Both the position numbers and the translations under genes were made by a program. From Kofleriaceae bacterium (GTDB lineage: Bacteria > Myxococcota_A > Polyangia > Haliangiales > Haliangiaceae), in NCBI GenBank assembly GCA_036265355.1, contig DATAPF010000683.1:35457-99456 (forward strand): a stretch of 64,000 nucleotides of DNA, in the 5' to 3' direction. Every line of letters begins with the position of its first letter. Within the stretch, counting starts at the first letter, position 1. Below are positions 1-9,064 of the stretch, piece by piece. The notes below the pieces were generated by a model. The model was given only the letters and a program-made list of their open reading frames with translations. It had not been told where the DNA came from and made no database searches.

Positions 1-1
1 G

Positions 2-664
2 GGCGGCGGCCTCACGCTCGCCGGAGGCGACGGCGGCATCGGGGACACCAACAAGACCACCGGCGGCAGCGGCGCCACCGGCGGAACGCATGGCCCGGTG
101 GTCCTGTCGCCGGTGCTGCGGGGCGGCTGCCGCGGCCAGAAGGGCGGCGACGAGCAGCATGGCTTCATGGGCGGCGCCGGCGGTCACGGCGGCGGCGCGC
201 TGTACCTCGCGGCGCGCCAGTCGGTGACGGTGATGCTGACCGGCTCGATCCGCGCGACCGGCGCGGGCGGCGCCGGCGGCCAGTCGCAGTCCGGCGGCGG
301 CGGCGGCGGCTCGGGCGGGATGATCGTGATCGAGAGCGCGTCGATCACGGTCAGCGGCCAGATCAGCGCCAACGGCGGCGGCGGTGGCCAGGGCGGCGGG
401 CGGTTGCTGAACGGGGACAACGTCTCCGGCGTCGCGGGCACCGACGGAGCGCTCGGCACGATCCCGGCGCCCGGTGGGTTCGGCGCCGACAACAACGACG
501 CCCAGTTCAGCACCGGCGGCGTCGGGGGCGCGGGCACGACGGCTGCGGGCCGCGGGACCGACTCGACCGTCGGCGGCGGCGGGGGCGGCGGCGCGGCCGG
601 GGTCGTCCGGCTGCTCGGCGCGACCGCGCTCACCGGCAGCACGATCTCGCCGCCGCCGAGCTGA
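2..664 (+). CDS. Glycine-rich repeat protein, C-terminal fragment (5' end lies outside the window)
   Basis: Frame 2 is open from the first base (GGGLTLAGGDGGIGDTNKTTGG...) into listed ORF 98..664. Gly runs alternate with short strand-like segments (SVTVMLTGSIRATGAGGAGG, MIVIESASITVSGQISANGGGGG). No family recognised. Confidence 0.55.
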   Translation, partial: GGGLTLAGGDGGIGDTNKTTGGSGATGGTHGPVVLSPVLRGGCRGQKGGDEQHGFMGGAGGHGGGALYLAARQSVTVMLTGSIRATGAGGAGGQSQSGGGGGGSGGMIVIESASITVSGQISANGGGGGQGGGRLLNGDNVSGVAGTDGALGTIPAPGGFGADNNDAQFSTGGVGGAGTTAAGRGTDSTVGGGGGGGAAGVVRLLGATALTGSTISPPPS

Positions 665-705
665 CCGGATCGCGGCGGCGACTCGCGGTAGGATGCCGCG
701 CCGCC

Positions 706-1734
706 ATGATCATCGACTGCCACGGTCACTACACCACGGCGCCCCCGGCGCTGGAGGCCTGGCGCAACCGCCAGATCGCCGCCGTCGCGGATCCGGCGCA
801 CGCGCCGTCGGTCGCCGAGCTGAAGATCACCGACGACGAGCTGCGCGCCAGCGTCGCGGACAACCAGCTCAAGCGGATGACCGAGCGCGGCACCGATCTC
901 ACGGTCTTCTCGCCGCGCGCCAGCTTCATGGCCCACCACATCGGCGACTTCCGGACCAGCGCGACGTGGGCGGCGATCTGCAACGAGCTGATCCACCGGG
1001 TGACCCGGCTGTTCCCCGACCAGTTCGCCGGCGCGGCGATGCTGCCGCAGTCGCCCGGCGTCGATCCGGCGACCTGCCTCCCCGAGCTCGAGCGCTGCGT
1101 CACCGAGTACGGCTGCGTCGCGGTCAACCTCAACCTCGACCCGTCGGGCGGGCACTGGACGTCGCCGCCGCTGACCGATCGCCACTGGTACCCGATCTAC
1201 GAGAAGCTGGTCGAGCACCGGATCCCGGCGATGATCCACGCCAGCGCGAGCTGCAACCCGTGCTTCCACACGATCGGCGCGCACTACCTCAACGCCGACA
1301 CCACGGCGTTCATGCAGTGCCTGACCGGCGATCTGTTCAAGGACTTCCCGACGCTGAAGCTGGTGATCCCGCACGGCGGCGGCGCGGTGCCGTTCCACTG
1401 GGGCCGGTTCCGCGGGCTCGCCCAGCAGCTCGGCAAGCCGCCGCTGCCCGACCACCTGCTCGGGAACCTGTACTTCGACACCTGCGTCTACCACCAGCCG
1501 GGCATCGACCTGCTGGTCCGGATCCTGCCGGTCGACAACATCCTGTTCGCGTCCGAGATGATCGGCGCGGTGCGCGGCATCGACCCCGAGACCGGCCACC
1601 ACTTCGACGACACCCGGCGCTACGTCGACGCGTCGCCGTCGCTGACCGCGGCCGACCGCGACCGGATCTTCGAGCGCAACGTGCGACGCGTCTACCCCCG
1701 GCTCGACGAGGCGCTCCGCGCCCGGGGCCGGTGA
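706..1734 (+). CDS. ligJ: Amidohydrolase-2 family hydratase, 4-oxalomesaconate hydratase (LigJ)-like
   Basis: 342 aa with N-terminus [13 protein letters not shown]. Internal motifs ([44 protein letters not shown]) match my recollection of LigJ-type metal-dependent hydratases. It lies directly upstream of a LigK-like aldolase. Confidence 0.7.
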   Translation: MIIDCHGHYTTAPPALEAWRNRQIAAVADPAHAPSVAELKITDDELRASVADNQLKRMTERGTDLTVFSPRASFMAHHIGDFRTSATWAAICNELIHRVTRLFPDQFAGAAMLPQSPGVDPATCLPELERCVTEYGCVAVNLNLDPSGGHWTSPPLTDRHWYPIYEKLVEHRIPAMIHASASCNPCFHTIGAHYLNADTTAFMQCLTGDLFKDFPTLKLVIPHGGGAVPFHWGRFRGLAQQLGKPPLPDHLLGNLYFDTCVYHQPGIDLLVRILPVDNILFASEMIGAVRGIDPETGHHFDDTRRYVDASPSLTAADRDRIFERNVRRVYPRLDEALRARGR

Positions 1735-1744
1735 AAGGATCGCC

Positions 1745-2446
1745 ATGTCCAGCCCTGCACCCGGCACTCCGATCGGAGTGGTCCACCGCAACATCGCGCG
1801 CGCCGAGCGCGCGGCCGTCGACCGGCTGGCCCGGTCCGGCGTCGCCACGATCCACGAGGCGATGGGCCGCACCGGGCTGCTCCAGCCCACCCTGCGGCCG
1901 ATCTACGCCGGCGCGCAGCTGTGCGGCACCGCGGTCACCGTCCTGCTCCAGCCCGGCGACAACTGGATGCTGCACGTCGCGGTCGAGCAGCTGCAGGACG
2001 GCGACGTCGTGGTTGCGGCGTGCACCGACCAGAGCGACGCCGGGTTCTTCGGCGAGCTGCTCGCGACCTCGTTTCGCGCGCACGGCGCCCGCGGCCTGGT
2101 GATCGACGGTGGCGTGCGCGACGTCAAGGAGCTCACTGCGATGCAGTTCCCGGTGTGGAGCCGGGCGATCAGCGCGCGCGGCACGGTCAAGTCGACGCTG
2201 GGCTCGGTCAACATCCCCGTGATCTGCGGCGGCGCGCTGGTCGCGCCGGGCGACGTGGTGGTCGCCGACGACGACGGCGTCGTGGTGGTGCCGGCTCAGG
2301 CGGCGCACGCGACCGCCGATGCCGCGCAGGCGCGCGCCGACAACGAGGCCGACAAGCGCGCTCGGCTCGCCGCCGGGGAGCTCGGGCTCGACCTGTACAA
2401 GATGCGCGAGGCGCTGGCCAAGGCCGGCCTGCGCTACATCGACTGA
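1745..2446 (+). CDS. ligK: RraA-fold 4-carboxy-4-hydroxy-2-oxoadipate aldolase / oxaloacetate decarboxylase (LigK/GalC-like)
   Basis: 233 aa. RraA-like motifs are present ([54 protein letters not shown]). It starts 10 nt after the ligJ-like stop. Confidence 0.7.
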   Translation: MSSPAPGTPIGVVHRNIARAERAAVDRLARSGVATIHEAMGRTGLLQPTLRPIYAGAQLCGTAVTVLLQPGDNWMLHVAVEQLQDGDVVVAACTDQSDAGFFGELLATSFRAHGARGLVIDGGVRDVKELTAMQFPVWSRAISARGTVKSTLGSVNIPVICGGALVAPGDVVVADDDGVVVVPAQAAHATADAAQARADNEADKRARLAAGELGLDLYKMREALAKAGLRYID

Positions 2447-2455
2447 ACCCCACCC

Positions 2456-2623
2456 GTGCAAGCGGATTTCGAACAGAAGAGCACCGACGGGGGAAGCTGG
2501 GCCGCGAACGACGAACAGAAGCTCACAATGGGACTGCGCGCGACGCCCGCTGAGCGACTCGCCTGGCTCGAAGAGATGATTGCGCTGGCGTACCGATCTG
2601 GCGCCTTGCCACGCAAGCGGTGA
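2456..2623 (+). CDS. Possible 55-aa small ORF, below the ORF-track length threshold
   Basis: Hand translation from GTG 2456 to TGA 2621-2623 gives VQADFEQKSTDGGSWAANDEQKLTMGLRATPAERLAWLEEMIALAYRSGALPRKR. Composition is non-artefactual (K, E, W, M, Y) and third-position G+C is fairly high. No clear RBS, and the start is uncertain. Confidence 0.25.
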   Translation: MQADFEQKSTDGGSWAANDEQKLTMGLRATPAERLAWLEEMIALAYRSGALPRKR

Positions 2624-2648
2624 GTGACGGACCGAACGCCCGGAACGA

Positions 2649-4655
2649 TCACAGCGAGTAGAACGCGCCGTCGAGCGAGGTGAAGCACTGCGCGTTCGAG
2701 AACGTGTCGTTCTGCGCGGCGATCTGCACCTCGCCGGAGCCGCCGGCGATGATCAGCGTGCCCTTGGTCGCGTTGCACAGATTGATGGGTATGAAGGCGT
2801 TGTCGGCCGGGACCAGCGCCGGCGGCAGCGTGAACGGAATGTCGCGCGCCCCGTTCGCGATCGCGCCGCTGAGGTGGACGATTCCCGACCGGTCGATCAA
2901 CGCCACGCCCCGGGTGCCGAACGGAGCGCCGAGCCAGCCGTCGATCGGGGCGAGGGCGGTGGAGCCGCCCTGGTCGAGCACGAACGAGGCGCCGTCGAGC
3001 GACGTGAAGCACTGCGCGTTCGCGAGATTACCGTTCTCGGCCTGCACGGTCACGATGCCGGAGCCCCCTGCGATGAACAGCCGACCCTTGGTTGCGCTGC
3101 ACAGATCGACTGTGACGTACACGTTCTGCGCGGGGACGAACGCGGCGGGCAGCGTGAAGGGAGAGCCGTTGCCGCTGGCGATCGCCCCCTTGAAGTGGAC
3201 GACCCCGCCGATGTTCTCGACCGCGGCGTTGCTGGTGCTGAACGGCGCGTTGGTCCAGCCGTTCTGCAGCGCCAGCGGGGTGAAGCCCGTCGCCGACGGA
3301 GCAAACGATGCGCCCTCCAGCGACGTGAAGTCCACCGCGTTCTCGAACCCGCCGCCCTCGGCCTGCACGGACACCACGCCGGTGCCGCCCGCGATGATCA
3401 GCCGGCCCTTGTCGGTGTTGCCCAGGTTGATCGGGATGTAGACGTCGGTCGCCGGCCGCTGTCCGGCCGGCAGCGTGAACGCGACGGCGCTGGTGCCAAA
3501 GCCAAACGCGCCCTTGAAGTAGACGATGCCCTCGATGATGGCGGACGCGGGCGCGGCCTCGATGAGCGGCCCTTTCATCCAGCCATTCTGCAGCGCCAGC
3601 GGCGCGAAGTTCGCGGCCGCGAACGACACGCCGTCGAGCGACGTGAAGCAGGTCTCGTTGGATACTGCGCCGTTCTCGGCCTCGACGCTCACCGCGCCGC
3701 TCGACGAGATCACCAGCCGCCCGCTCGTCGCGTTGCACAGGTCGACCGGTACCCTGACCGTCGCCTCCGGCCGCATCCCGCTCGGCAGTGTGAACGCCTG
3801 GCCGCTGCCGCTGGCGATCGCGCCCTTGAGGTGAACGATGCCGTCGATGTCCTCCGCGGCCGCGTTGCCGGTGGCGAACGGCGCGCTGGTCCACGGCGAG
3901 GTCAGGGGCAGCCCTGTGAAGCCGCTCGCGCTGAGCGCGAACGAGGCCCCGTCGAGCGATGTGAAGCACTGCGCGCTGGAGAACGCGCCCTCGGCCTGCA
4001 CGCTCACCGTCCCGCTGGGCGAGATCATCAGGCGACCGCCGGTCGCGTTGCACATGTCGACTGGCAGGTAGACCATCGTCGCCGGGGCGAACCCGGCCGG
4101 CAGCGTGAACGCCACCGCGCTCGCGCCGTTCGCGATCGCACCCTTGAAGTGGACGATGCCGTTGATCAGCTGGACGGCCGCGGCGCTGGTGCCAAACGGC
4201 GCGCTGGTCCAGCCGTTCTGTAGCGCCAGCGTCACGAACCCGGACGCCGACAGCGCGAACGCCGCGCCCTCGAGCGACGTCAAGCATTGGGCATTGCTGA
4301 ACGCGCCTTCGGACTGCACGGTGACCGAACCGCTGGGCTGGATCAGCAGACGGCCCTTGGTCGCGTTGCACAGATCGACCGGAACGTAGACGTTGGTCGC
4401 TGGCCGGAGGCCGACCGGCAGCGTGAACGCAGGAACGTTGGGGCTACCGCTCGCGATCGCGCCGTCGAGCTCCACGATCCCCGACACCAGGCTGACCCCC
4501 GCATTCCGGTTGCCGAGCGGCCCGTTGGTCCAGCCGCTCTGCAGCGTCAAGGGCGTGAAGGTCGCTGCGCCGGCGGTCGACGCGCTGGCGGCCAGCAAGG
4601 CAGACAACAAGAGCGTAGCGCCAACGCTGCGCAACACCGCACTGGAATTCATCAT
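2649..4655 (-). CDS. Secreted protein made of six tandem beta-sandwich-like repeats of about 105 aa
   Basis: Start moved to ATG 4655 (MMNSSAVLRSVGATLLLSALLAASASTAGA signal peptide), preceded by AAGGAG at 4661-4666. Six repeats share LxLQNGWT..PFG..(A)AV..I.GIVHFKGAIA.G....FTLP.G.RPA..VY.PVDLCNAT.GRL.I...G.V.VQAEG.....AQCFTSLDGASF, each with a conserved Cys pair. Confidence 0.9.
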   Translation of the reverse strand: MMNSSAVLRSVGATLLLSALLAASASTAGAATFTPLTLQSGWTNGPLGNRNAGVSLVSGIVELDGAIASGSPNVPAFTLPVGLRPATNVYVPVDLCNATKGRLLIQPSGSVTVQSEGAFSNAQCLTSLEGAAFALSASGFVTLALQNGWTSAPFGTSAAAVQLINGIVHFKGAIANGASAVAFTLPAGFAPATMVYLPVDMCNATGGRLMISPSGTVSVQAEGAFSSAQCFTSLDGASFALSASGFTGLPLTSPWTSAPFATGNAAAEDIDGIVHLKGAIASGSGQAFTLPSGMRPEATVRVPVDLCNATSGRLVISSSGAVSVEAENGAVSNETCFTSLDGVSFAAANFAPLALQNGWMKGPLIEAAPASAIIEGIVYFKGAFGFGTSAVAFTLPAGQRPATDVYIPINLGNTDKGRLIIAGGTGVVSVQAEGGGFENAVDFTSLEGASFAPSATGFTPLALQNGWTNAPFSTSNAAVENIGGVVHFKGAIASGNGSPFTLPAAFVPAQNVYVTVDLCSATKGRLFIAGGSGIVTVQAENGNLANAQCFTSLDGASFVLDQGGSTALAPIDGWLGAPFGTRGVALIDRSGIVHLSGAIANGARDIPFTLPPALVPADNAFIPINLCNATKGTLIIAGGSGEVQIAAQNDTFSNAQCFTSLDGAFYSL
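2652..4565 (-). repeat. Six in-frame, diverged tandem coding repeats of about 315 bp within the 2649..4655 CDS
   Basis: Repeat units were delimited by eye on the translation (residues about 31-668). Conserved anchors are NGW, GIVH(F/L)KGAI, FTLP, CNAT.GRL, QCFTSL(D/E)GA. Confidence 0.85.
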
Positions 4656-5097
4656 CAAGGCTCCTTGTGAGGACAGGCTCCGAACGGCGCCGGACCACGG
4701 CGAGCGCGGTCCGCGCAGATCGGTCAATATCGTGTGGCGACATCACGATCCATGAGATGGCCTTGTGAATCCATAGGCTGTTCTTGCGGAGTGATGCAGG
4801 TTAGTTAGCTGGAGACGATCGGCCGCGCCTGATCGTCGATCCCCTGCACGGAAGCCGGCGCGCACCGAGTGGCGCGTGGTGGAGCGCCGCGCGGGACGAA
4901 CCCGGGTGGTGCTCATGCCCGCACCGTCCGCGCGTCACGCGCGGTGTCGCCCGGCGGGCGCTCGGGCACGTGAGAAGTCCTCGCGTCGGGCTCCGGAGCG
5001 CGGCCGAGCCCGTATCGCCGGATCACGCGCTCGACGACGTCCGCCGCCGGCGGAGGTTCGCGCGGTCGCGGCACGTCGGGTGCATTCGGACGCTCGG

Positions 5098-5871
5098 ATG
5101 ACCGAGCGCGCGCAGATCCGCACCCGGCTCGACGGGGTCAACGTTCCTTGGGCCGAGCGGCTCGCGACCGCAGTGCTCGGCGGGGTCGCGCTCGCACTCG
5201 GGGCGCGCTGGCTGCGAGCGAGTGCGCAGCGCCGGCCCGCCGGTGGCATGGCGCTGATCGCCGTGGGTGCGATCGCGCTCGGGCGCGCGATCGCTGGTCG
5301 CCCGGTGTACCCCAGCCGCGCACGGCGGCGCGGTGGCGCGCATGCAAGGCGCAGAGCCACCGGCGCGGTCGAGCCGCTGGCGTTCCGCGAGCGGGTCGAG
5401 GTCCGGCTGCGGGTCAACGGCCGCGATCACCAGCTCGCCGCCGACGCGCGGACCACGCTGCTCGATCTGGTGCGCGAGCAGCTGCAGCTGACCGGGACCA
5501 AGAAGGGCTGCAACTTCGGCGAGTGCGGCGCCTGCACGGTCCACCTCGACGGCCGCCGGGTCAACGCGTGCATGGTGCTCGCCGCGGCGGCCGACGGGCG
5601 CGAGGTCACGACGATCGAAGGGCTCGCACTGGGCGGGCGGTTGCACCCGGTGCAGCAAGCGTTCATCGATCATGACGGCCTGCAGTGCGGGTTCTGCACG
5701 CCCGGTCAGATCATGTCGGCGGTCGCGCTGCTCGCGGAGGGCCACGCCGGCTCGGATGAGGAGATCCGCGAGTGGATGAGCGGCAACCTGTGCCGGTGCG
5801 CCGCCTATCCGCAGATCACCGCGGCGGTGCGCGAGGTCGCGGCGGGGCGTCCGGCCGGGAGCAAGGTCTGA
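5098..5871 (+). CDS. Molybdenum hydroxylase (xanthine dehydrogenase/aldehyde oxidoreductase family) [2Fe-2S] small subunit with an N-terminal membrane-hairpin extension
   Basis: The C-terminal half carries both 2Fe-2S motifs (CNFGECGACTV, then CGFCTPGQIM ... CRCAAY). ATG 5098 (MTERAQ...) is chosen over the listed 4876 start, whose upstream part is Arg/Pro-rich junk. The start remains uncertain. The stop overlaps the next start (TGATG at 5869-5873). Confidence 0.85.
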   Translation: MTERAQIRTRLDGVNVPWAERLATAVLGGVALALGARWLRASAQRRPAGGMALIAVGAIALGRAIAGRPVYPSRARRRGGAHARRRATGAVEPLAFRERVEVRLRVNGRDHQLAADARTTLLDLVREQLQLTGTKKGCNFGECGACTVHLDGRRVNACMVLAAAADGREVTTIEGLALGGRLHPVQQAFIDHDGLQCGFCTPGQIMSAVALLAEGHAGSDEEIREWMSGNLCRCAAYPQITAAVREVAAGRPAGSKV

Positions 5872-6857
5872 TGCTGCCGTTCCGATATGCCCGCGCGGCG
5901 ACGGTCGATCAGGCGATCGCGGCCGGCGCGGCGCCCCACACCGCGTTCCTCGCCGGCGGGACCGAGCTGCTCAACTGGCTGCGGCTCGGCGTTGCGGCGC
6001 CGGCCCGGCTGGTCGACATCACGCGGCTCGACGGCCTGGCGCGGATCGAGCCGCTGCCGGACGGCCGGCTGCGGATCGGCGCGCTGGCCGCGCTGAGCGA
6101 CGTCGCGCGGCACGAGCGAGTGGTCCGCGACTATCCGGTGCTGCACCAGGCGATCTTGCAGGCGGCATCGCCGCAGCTGCGCAACCTGGCGACGATCGGC
6201 GGCAACCCGCTGCAGCACACGCGCTGCCCGTACTATCGGTCGGCCGAGCCGCTGCCGTGCAACAAGCGGGCGCCCGGGTCGGGGTGCGCGGCGCGCTACG
6301 GGCTCAACGACCGGCACGCGATCTTCGGCTGGACCGACGACTGCGTCGCGACCCAGCCGTCCGATCCGGCGGTCGCGTTCGCCGCGCTCGACGCGGTGTT
6401 CGCGACCGAGCGCGCCGGCGGCGGCCGCCGGATCCCGGCGACCGAGCTGCATCCGCTGCCGGCGGCCCCGTGGCCGCACCACGTGCTGGAGCCCGGCGAG
6501 CTGATCACCGCGATCGAGCTGCCGCCGCCGGTGCCGCGCTCGGCGTACGTCAAGGTGCGCGAGCGCGCGTCGTACGAGTACGCGACGGTGTCGGCCGCGG
6601 TCGCGATCGAGCTCGACGGCGCGACGATCCGGCGGGCGCGCATCGCGCTGGGCTCGGTCGCGCACCGGCCGTGGCGGCTGACCGCGACCGAGCAGGCGCT
6701 CGCCGGGCTCGACACCGGCAACGCCCGGGCGCTGCGCCGGTCGCTCGACGCGTCGTTCGCGGAGGCCCGGCCGCTGGCGCACAACGGCCACAAGATCCCG
6801 CTCGCGAAGGCCGCGGCGTTCCGCGCGATCGAGCTCGCCCTGAGGACGCTGCCATGA
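5871..6857 (+). CDS. Molybdenum hydroxylase FAD-binding medium subunit (CoxM/PaoB-like)
   Basis: Sequence MLPFRYARAATVDQAIAA...FLAGGTELLNWLRLG...ATIGGNPLQ is typical of FAD-binding subunits. Start is ATG 5871, overlapping the upstream stop by 1 nt. The stop overlaps the next start (ATGA at 6854-6857). Confidence 0.9.
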   Translation: MLPFRYARAATVDQAIAAGAAPHTAFLAGGTELLNWLRLGVAAPARLVDITRLDGLARIEPLPDGRLRIGALAALSDVARHERVVRDYPVLHQAILQAASPQLRNLATIGGNPLQHTRCPYYRSAEPLPCNKRAPGSGCAARYGLNDRHAIFGWTDDCVATQPSDPAVAFAALDAVFATERAGGGRRIPATELHPLPAAPWPHHVLEPGELITAIELPPPVPRSAYVKVRERASYEYATVSAAVAIELDGATIRRARIALGSVAHRPWRLTATEQALAGLDTGNARALRRSLDASFAEARPLAHNGHKIPLAKAAAFRAIELALRTLP

Positions 6858-9043
6858 CGATCGGACAGCCGCTGCCCCGTCCCGACGGCCCGGCCAAGGT
6901 GACCGGCCGCGCGCGTTACACCGCGGATCACACGGCGCCCGGCGTGCTGCACGCGGCGCTGGTCACCGCGACCGTCCCGGCCGGCCGGATCGAGGCGATC
7001 CGGATCGACGCCGCGCTGCGCGAGCGCGGGGTGGTGCGGGTGCTGACCCACCGCGACCTGCCGGACCTCGGCGGCGACGGCGAGGTGTTGATCGGTCCGC
7101 CGTCGGCCCAGAGCTTCCTGCCGCTGCAGGGCGACGAGATCCGCCACGAGGGCCAGCCGGTCGCCATCGTGCTCGCCGAGACCGTCGAGGCTGCGGAGGC
7201 CGGTGCGCGCCGGGTCGAGGTGCGCTACGCCGCGGGCGAGGCGCGGGCGCCGGCGCCGCCGAGCTGGTCGGAGCTCGAGGCGATCGCGGAGCCGCCGAGG
7301 CAGAGCGGGTTCCTGTTCGAGCCGCCCACGTTCGAGAAGCTGGCGCCCGGCCTGCCGGCCGCCGCGGTCGTGGTCGAGGCGACCTATGTCCAGCCGATGC
7401 GGCACCACAACGCGATGGAGCCGGCGGCGGTGCTCGCGAGCTGGGACGGCGACGCGCTGACCGTGCACGACTCGACCCAGCACGTCTACGGCGTGCGGCA
7501 GGTGCTCGCGGCGCGGCTTCGCGTGCCGGTCGATCAGGTGCGGGTCATCGCGCACCACACCGGCGGCGGGTTCGGCGGCAAGGGCTGGGTGTGGCCGCAC
7601 GAGGTGCTGGCGGCCGCGGCGGCGCGGATCGTCGGGCGCCCGGTGCGCCTGGTGCTGCGCCGGGCCGACCTGTACTCGTGCCTGGGCTACCAGCCGCGGG
7701 TCGTGCAGCGGATCGCGCTGTCGGCCGACGCGGCGGGCCGGCTGCTCGGCATCGACCACGCGGTGGTCAACACGACGAGCATCAGCGACGACTACGTCGA
7801 GTACGCGACCGAGGCGTCCAAGGGGTTGTACGCGACCGCGGGGATGCGGCTGTCGCAGCGGGTCGAGCGCGCCCACGTCGCGATGCCCACGGCGATGCGC
7901 GCGCCGGTCGAGGGGCCCGGGACCTGGGCGCTCGAGAGCGCGATGGACGAGCTGGCCCACGCGCTGCAGATCGATCCGCTCGAGCTGCGGCTGATCAACC
8001 ATGCCGAGCGCGATCCGGGGACCGATCGGCCGTGGTCGTCCAAGCGGCTGCTCGAGGCCTACGAGGAGGGCGCGCGGCGGTTCGGCTGGCGCGAGCGGCC
8101 GCGCGGCGCGCGCGACGGCGCGTGGCGGATCGGCCACGGCATGGCGACCTGCACGATGGGGACGTTCCGCAACCCGTCGAGCGCGGTGGTCCGGCTGCGC
8201 GCCGACGGCAGCGCGCAGGTCGAGACCGGCACGCAGGACATCGGGACCGGCACGCTGACGATCGTGCCGCAGATCGCCGCCGACGTGCTCGGGCTACCGA
8301 TCGACCGGATCGCGGTGGCGATCGGCGACACCGCGCTGCCCGAGGCCGGGCCGACCTACGGCTCGTCGTCGACCATGGGGGTCGGGGCCGCGGTGCTGCG
8401 CGCCGCCGAGGACGTGCGCGGCAAGCTCGCGCGGCTGGCCGGCCTGCCGCCGGACGGGGTCGAGATGGTCGGCGGCCGGGTGCGGCGCCGCGGCGAGCCG
8501 GGCGGCGTCGCGATCCGCGACGCGCTCGACGGCGCGGGCATCGCCGAGCTGGTCGGCGCGGGCCGGTTCGACCCCGAGCAGCACGGCGCCGGCCACGCGA
8601 TGCGCGCGTTCGGCGCCGTGTTCGTCGAGGTCGGCGTCGACCTCGAGCTCGGCCTGCTCCGGCTGCGCCGCGCGGTCGGCGCCTACAGCGCGGGCCGGAT
8701 CATCAACCCGCGCACGGCGCGATCGCAGATGATCGGCGGCATCATCTGGGGCTGGGGGATGGCGGCGATGGAGCACAGCCCGTTCGATCCGCGGCTCGGC
8801 CGGTTCGTGTCCAAGGACCTCGCCGGCGTCGCGCTGCCGGTCAACGCCGACATCCCGGCGGACATCACCGTGCACTTCGTCGACGAGATCGACGAGCTCG
8901 CCAGCCCGATCGGCGGGCGCGGGATCGGCGAGCTCGGCGCGACCGGCGTCGCGGCGGCGGTCGCGAACGCGGTGTTCGCCGCGATCGGCCGCCGGATCCG
9001 CGAGCTGCCGATCACGCCGGCCGCGCTGGTCGCACCGCCGTGA
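6854..9043 (+). CDS. Molybdenum hydroxylase molybdopterin-binding large subunit (PaoC/CoxL-like)
   Basis: 729 aa starting MTIGQPLPRPDGPAKVTGRARYTADH. Typical aldehyde oxidase/xanthine dehydrogenase a/b-hammerhead and Moco-binding stretches are present (GGGFGGKG, GTQDIGTG, GIGELG). Gene order small-medium-large matches paoABC-type operons. Confidence 0.9.
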   Translation: MTIGQPLPRPDGPAKVTGRARYTADHTAPGVLHAALVTATVPAGRIEAIRIDAALRERGVVRVLTHRDLPDLGGDGEVLIGPPSAQSFLPLQGDEIRHEGQPVAIVLAETVEAAEAGARRVEVRYAAGEARAPAPPSWSELEAIAEPPRQSGFLFEPPTFEKLAPGLPAAAVVVEATYVQPMRHHNAMEPAAVLASWDGDALTVHDSTQHVYGVRQVLAARLRVPVDQVRVIAHHTGGGFGGKGWVWPHEVLAAAAARIVGRPVRLVLRRADLYSCLGYQPRVVQRIALSADAAGRLLGIDHAVVNTTSISDDYVEYATEASKGLYATAGMRLSQRVERAHVAMPTAMRAPVEGPGTWALESAMDELAHALQIDPLELRLINHAERDPGTDRPWSSKRLLEAYEEGARRFGWRERPRGARDGAWRIGHGMATCTMGTFRNPSSAVVRLRADGSAQVETGTQDIGTGTLTIVPQIAADVLGLPIDRIAVAIGDTALPEAGPTYGSSSTMGVGAAVLRAAEDVRGKLARLAGLPPDGVEMVGGRVRRRGEPGGVAIRDALDGAGIAELVGAGRFDPEQHGAGHAMRAFGAVFVEVGVDLELGLLRLRRAVGAYSAGRIINPRTARSQMIGGIIWGWGMAAMEHSPFDPRLGRFVSKDLAGVALPVNADIPADITVHFVDEIDELASPIGGRGIGELGATGVAAAVANAVFAAIGRRIRELPITPAALVAPP

Positions 9044-9064
9044 TCCGAGGAGGGCCATCGGCCC

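Noticed and set aside
184-1890. 568-aa minus-strand ORF and the overlapping 474..2102 plus-strand ORF across the ligJ/ligK region
   Set aside because: Both are extremely Arg/Pro/Gly/Ala-rich and low in complexity, and they overlap two genes with clear family motifs. This is the typical open antisense or off-frame artefact of very high G+C DNA.
2649-4655. Prophage or tail-fibre gene interpretation of the six-repeat protein
   Set aside because: No phage structural, lysis or integrase genes flank it. It has a Sec signal peptide and lacks an N-terminal fibre shaft, so I treat it as a cellular secreted protein that reuses a tail-fibre-like fold.
4876-5097. Listed upstream extension of the 2Fe-2S subunit ORF (start at 4876)
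   Set aside because: The first 74 residues (MVERRAGRTRVVLMPAPSARHARCRPAGARAREKSSRRAPERGRARIAGSRARRRPPPAE...) are Arg-rich junk with no hydrophobic or structural pattern. ATG 5098 is the first start followed by protein-like sequence.
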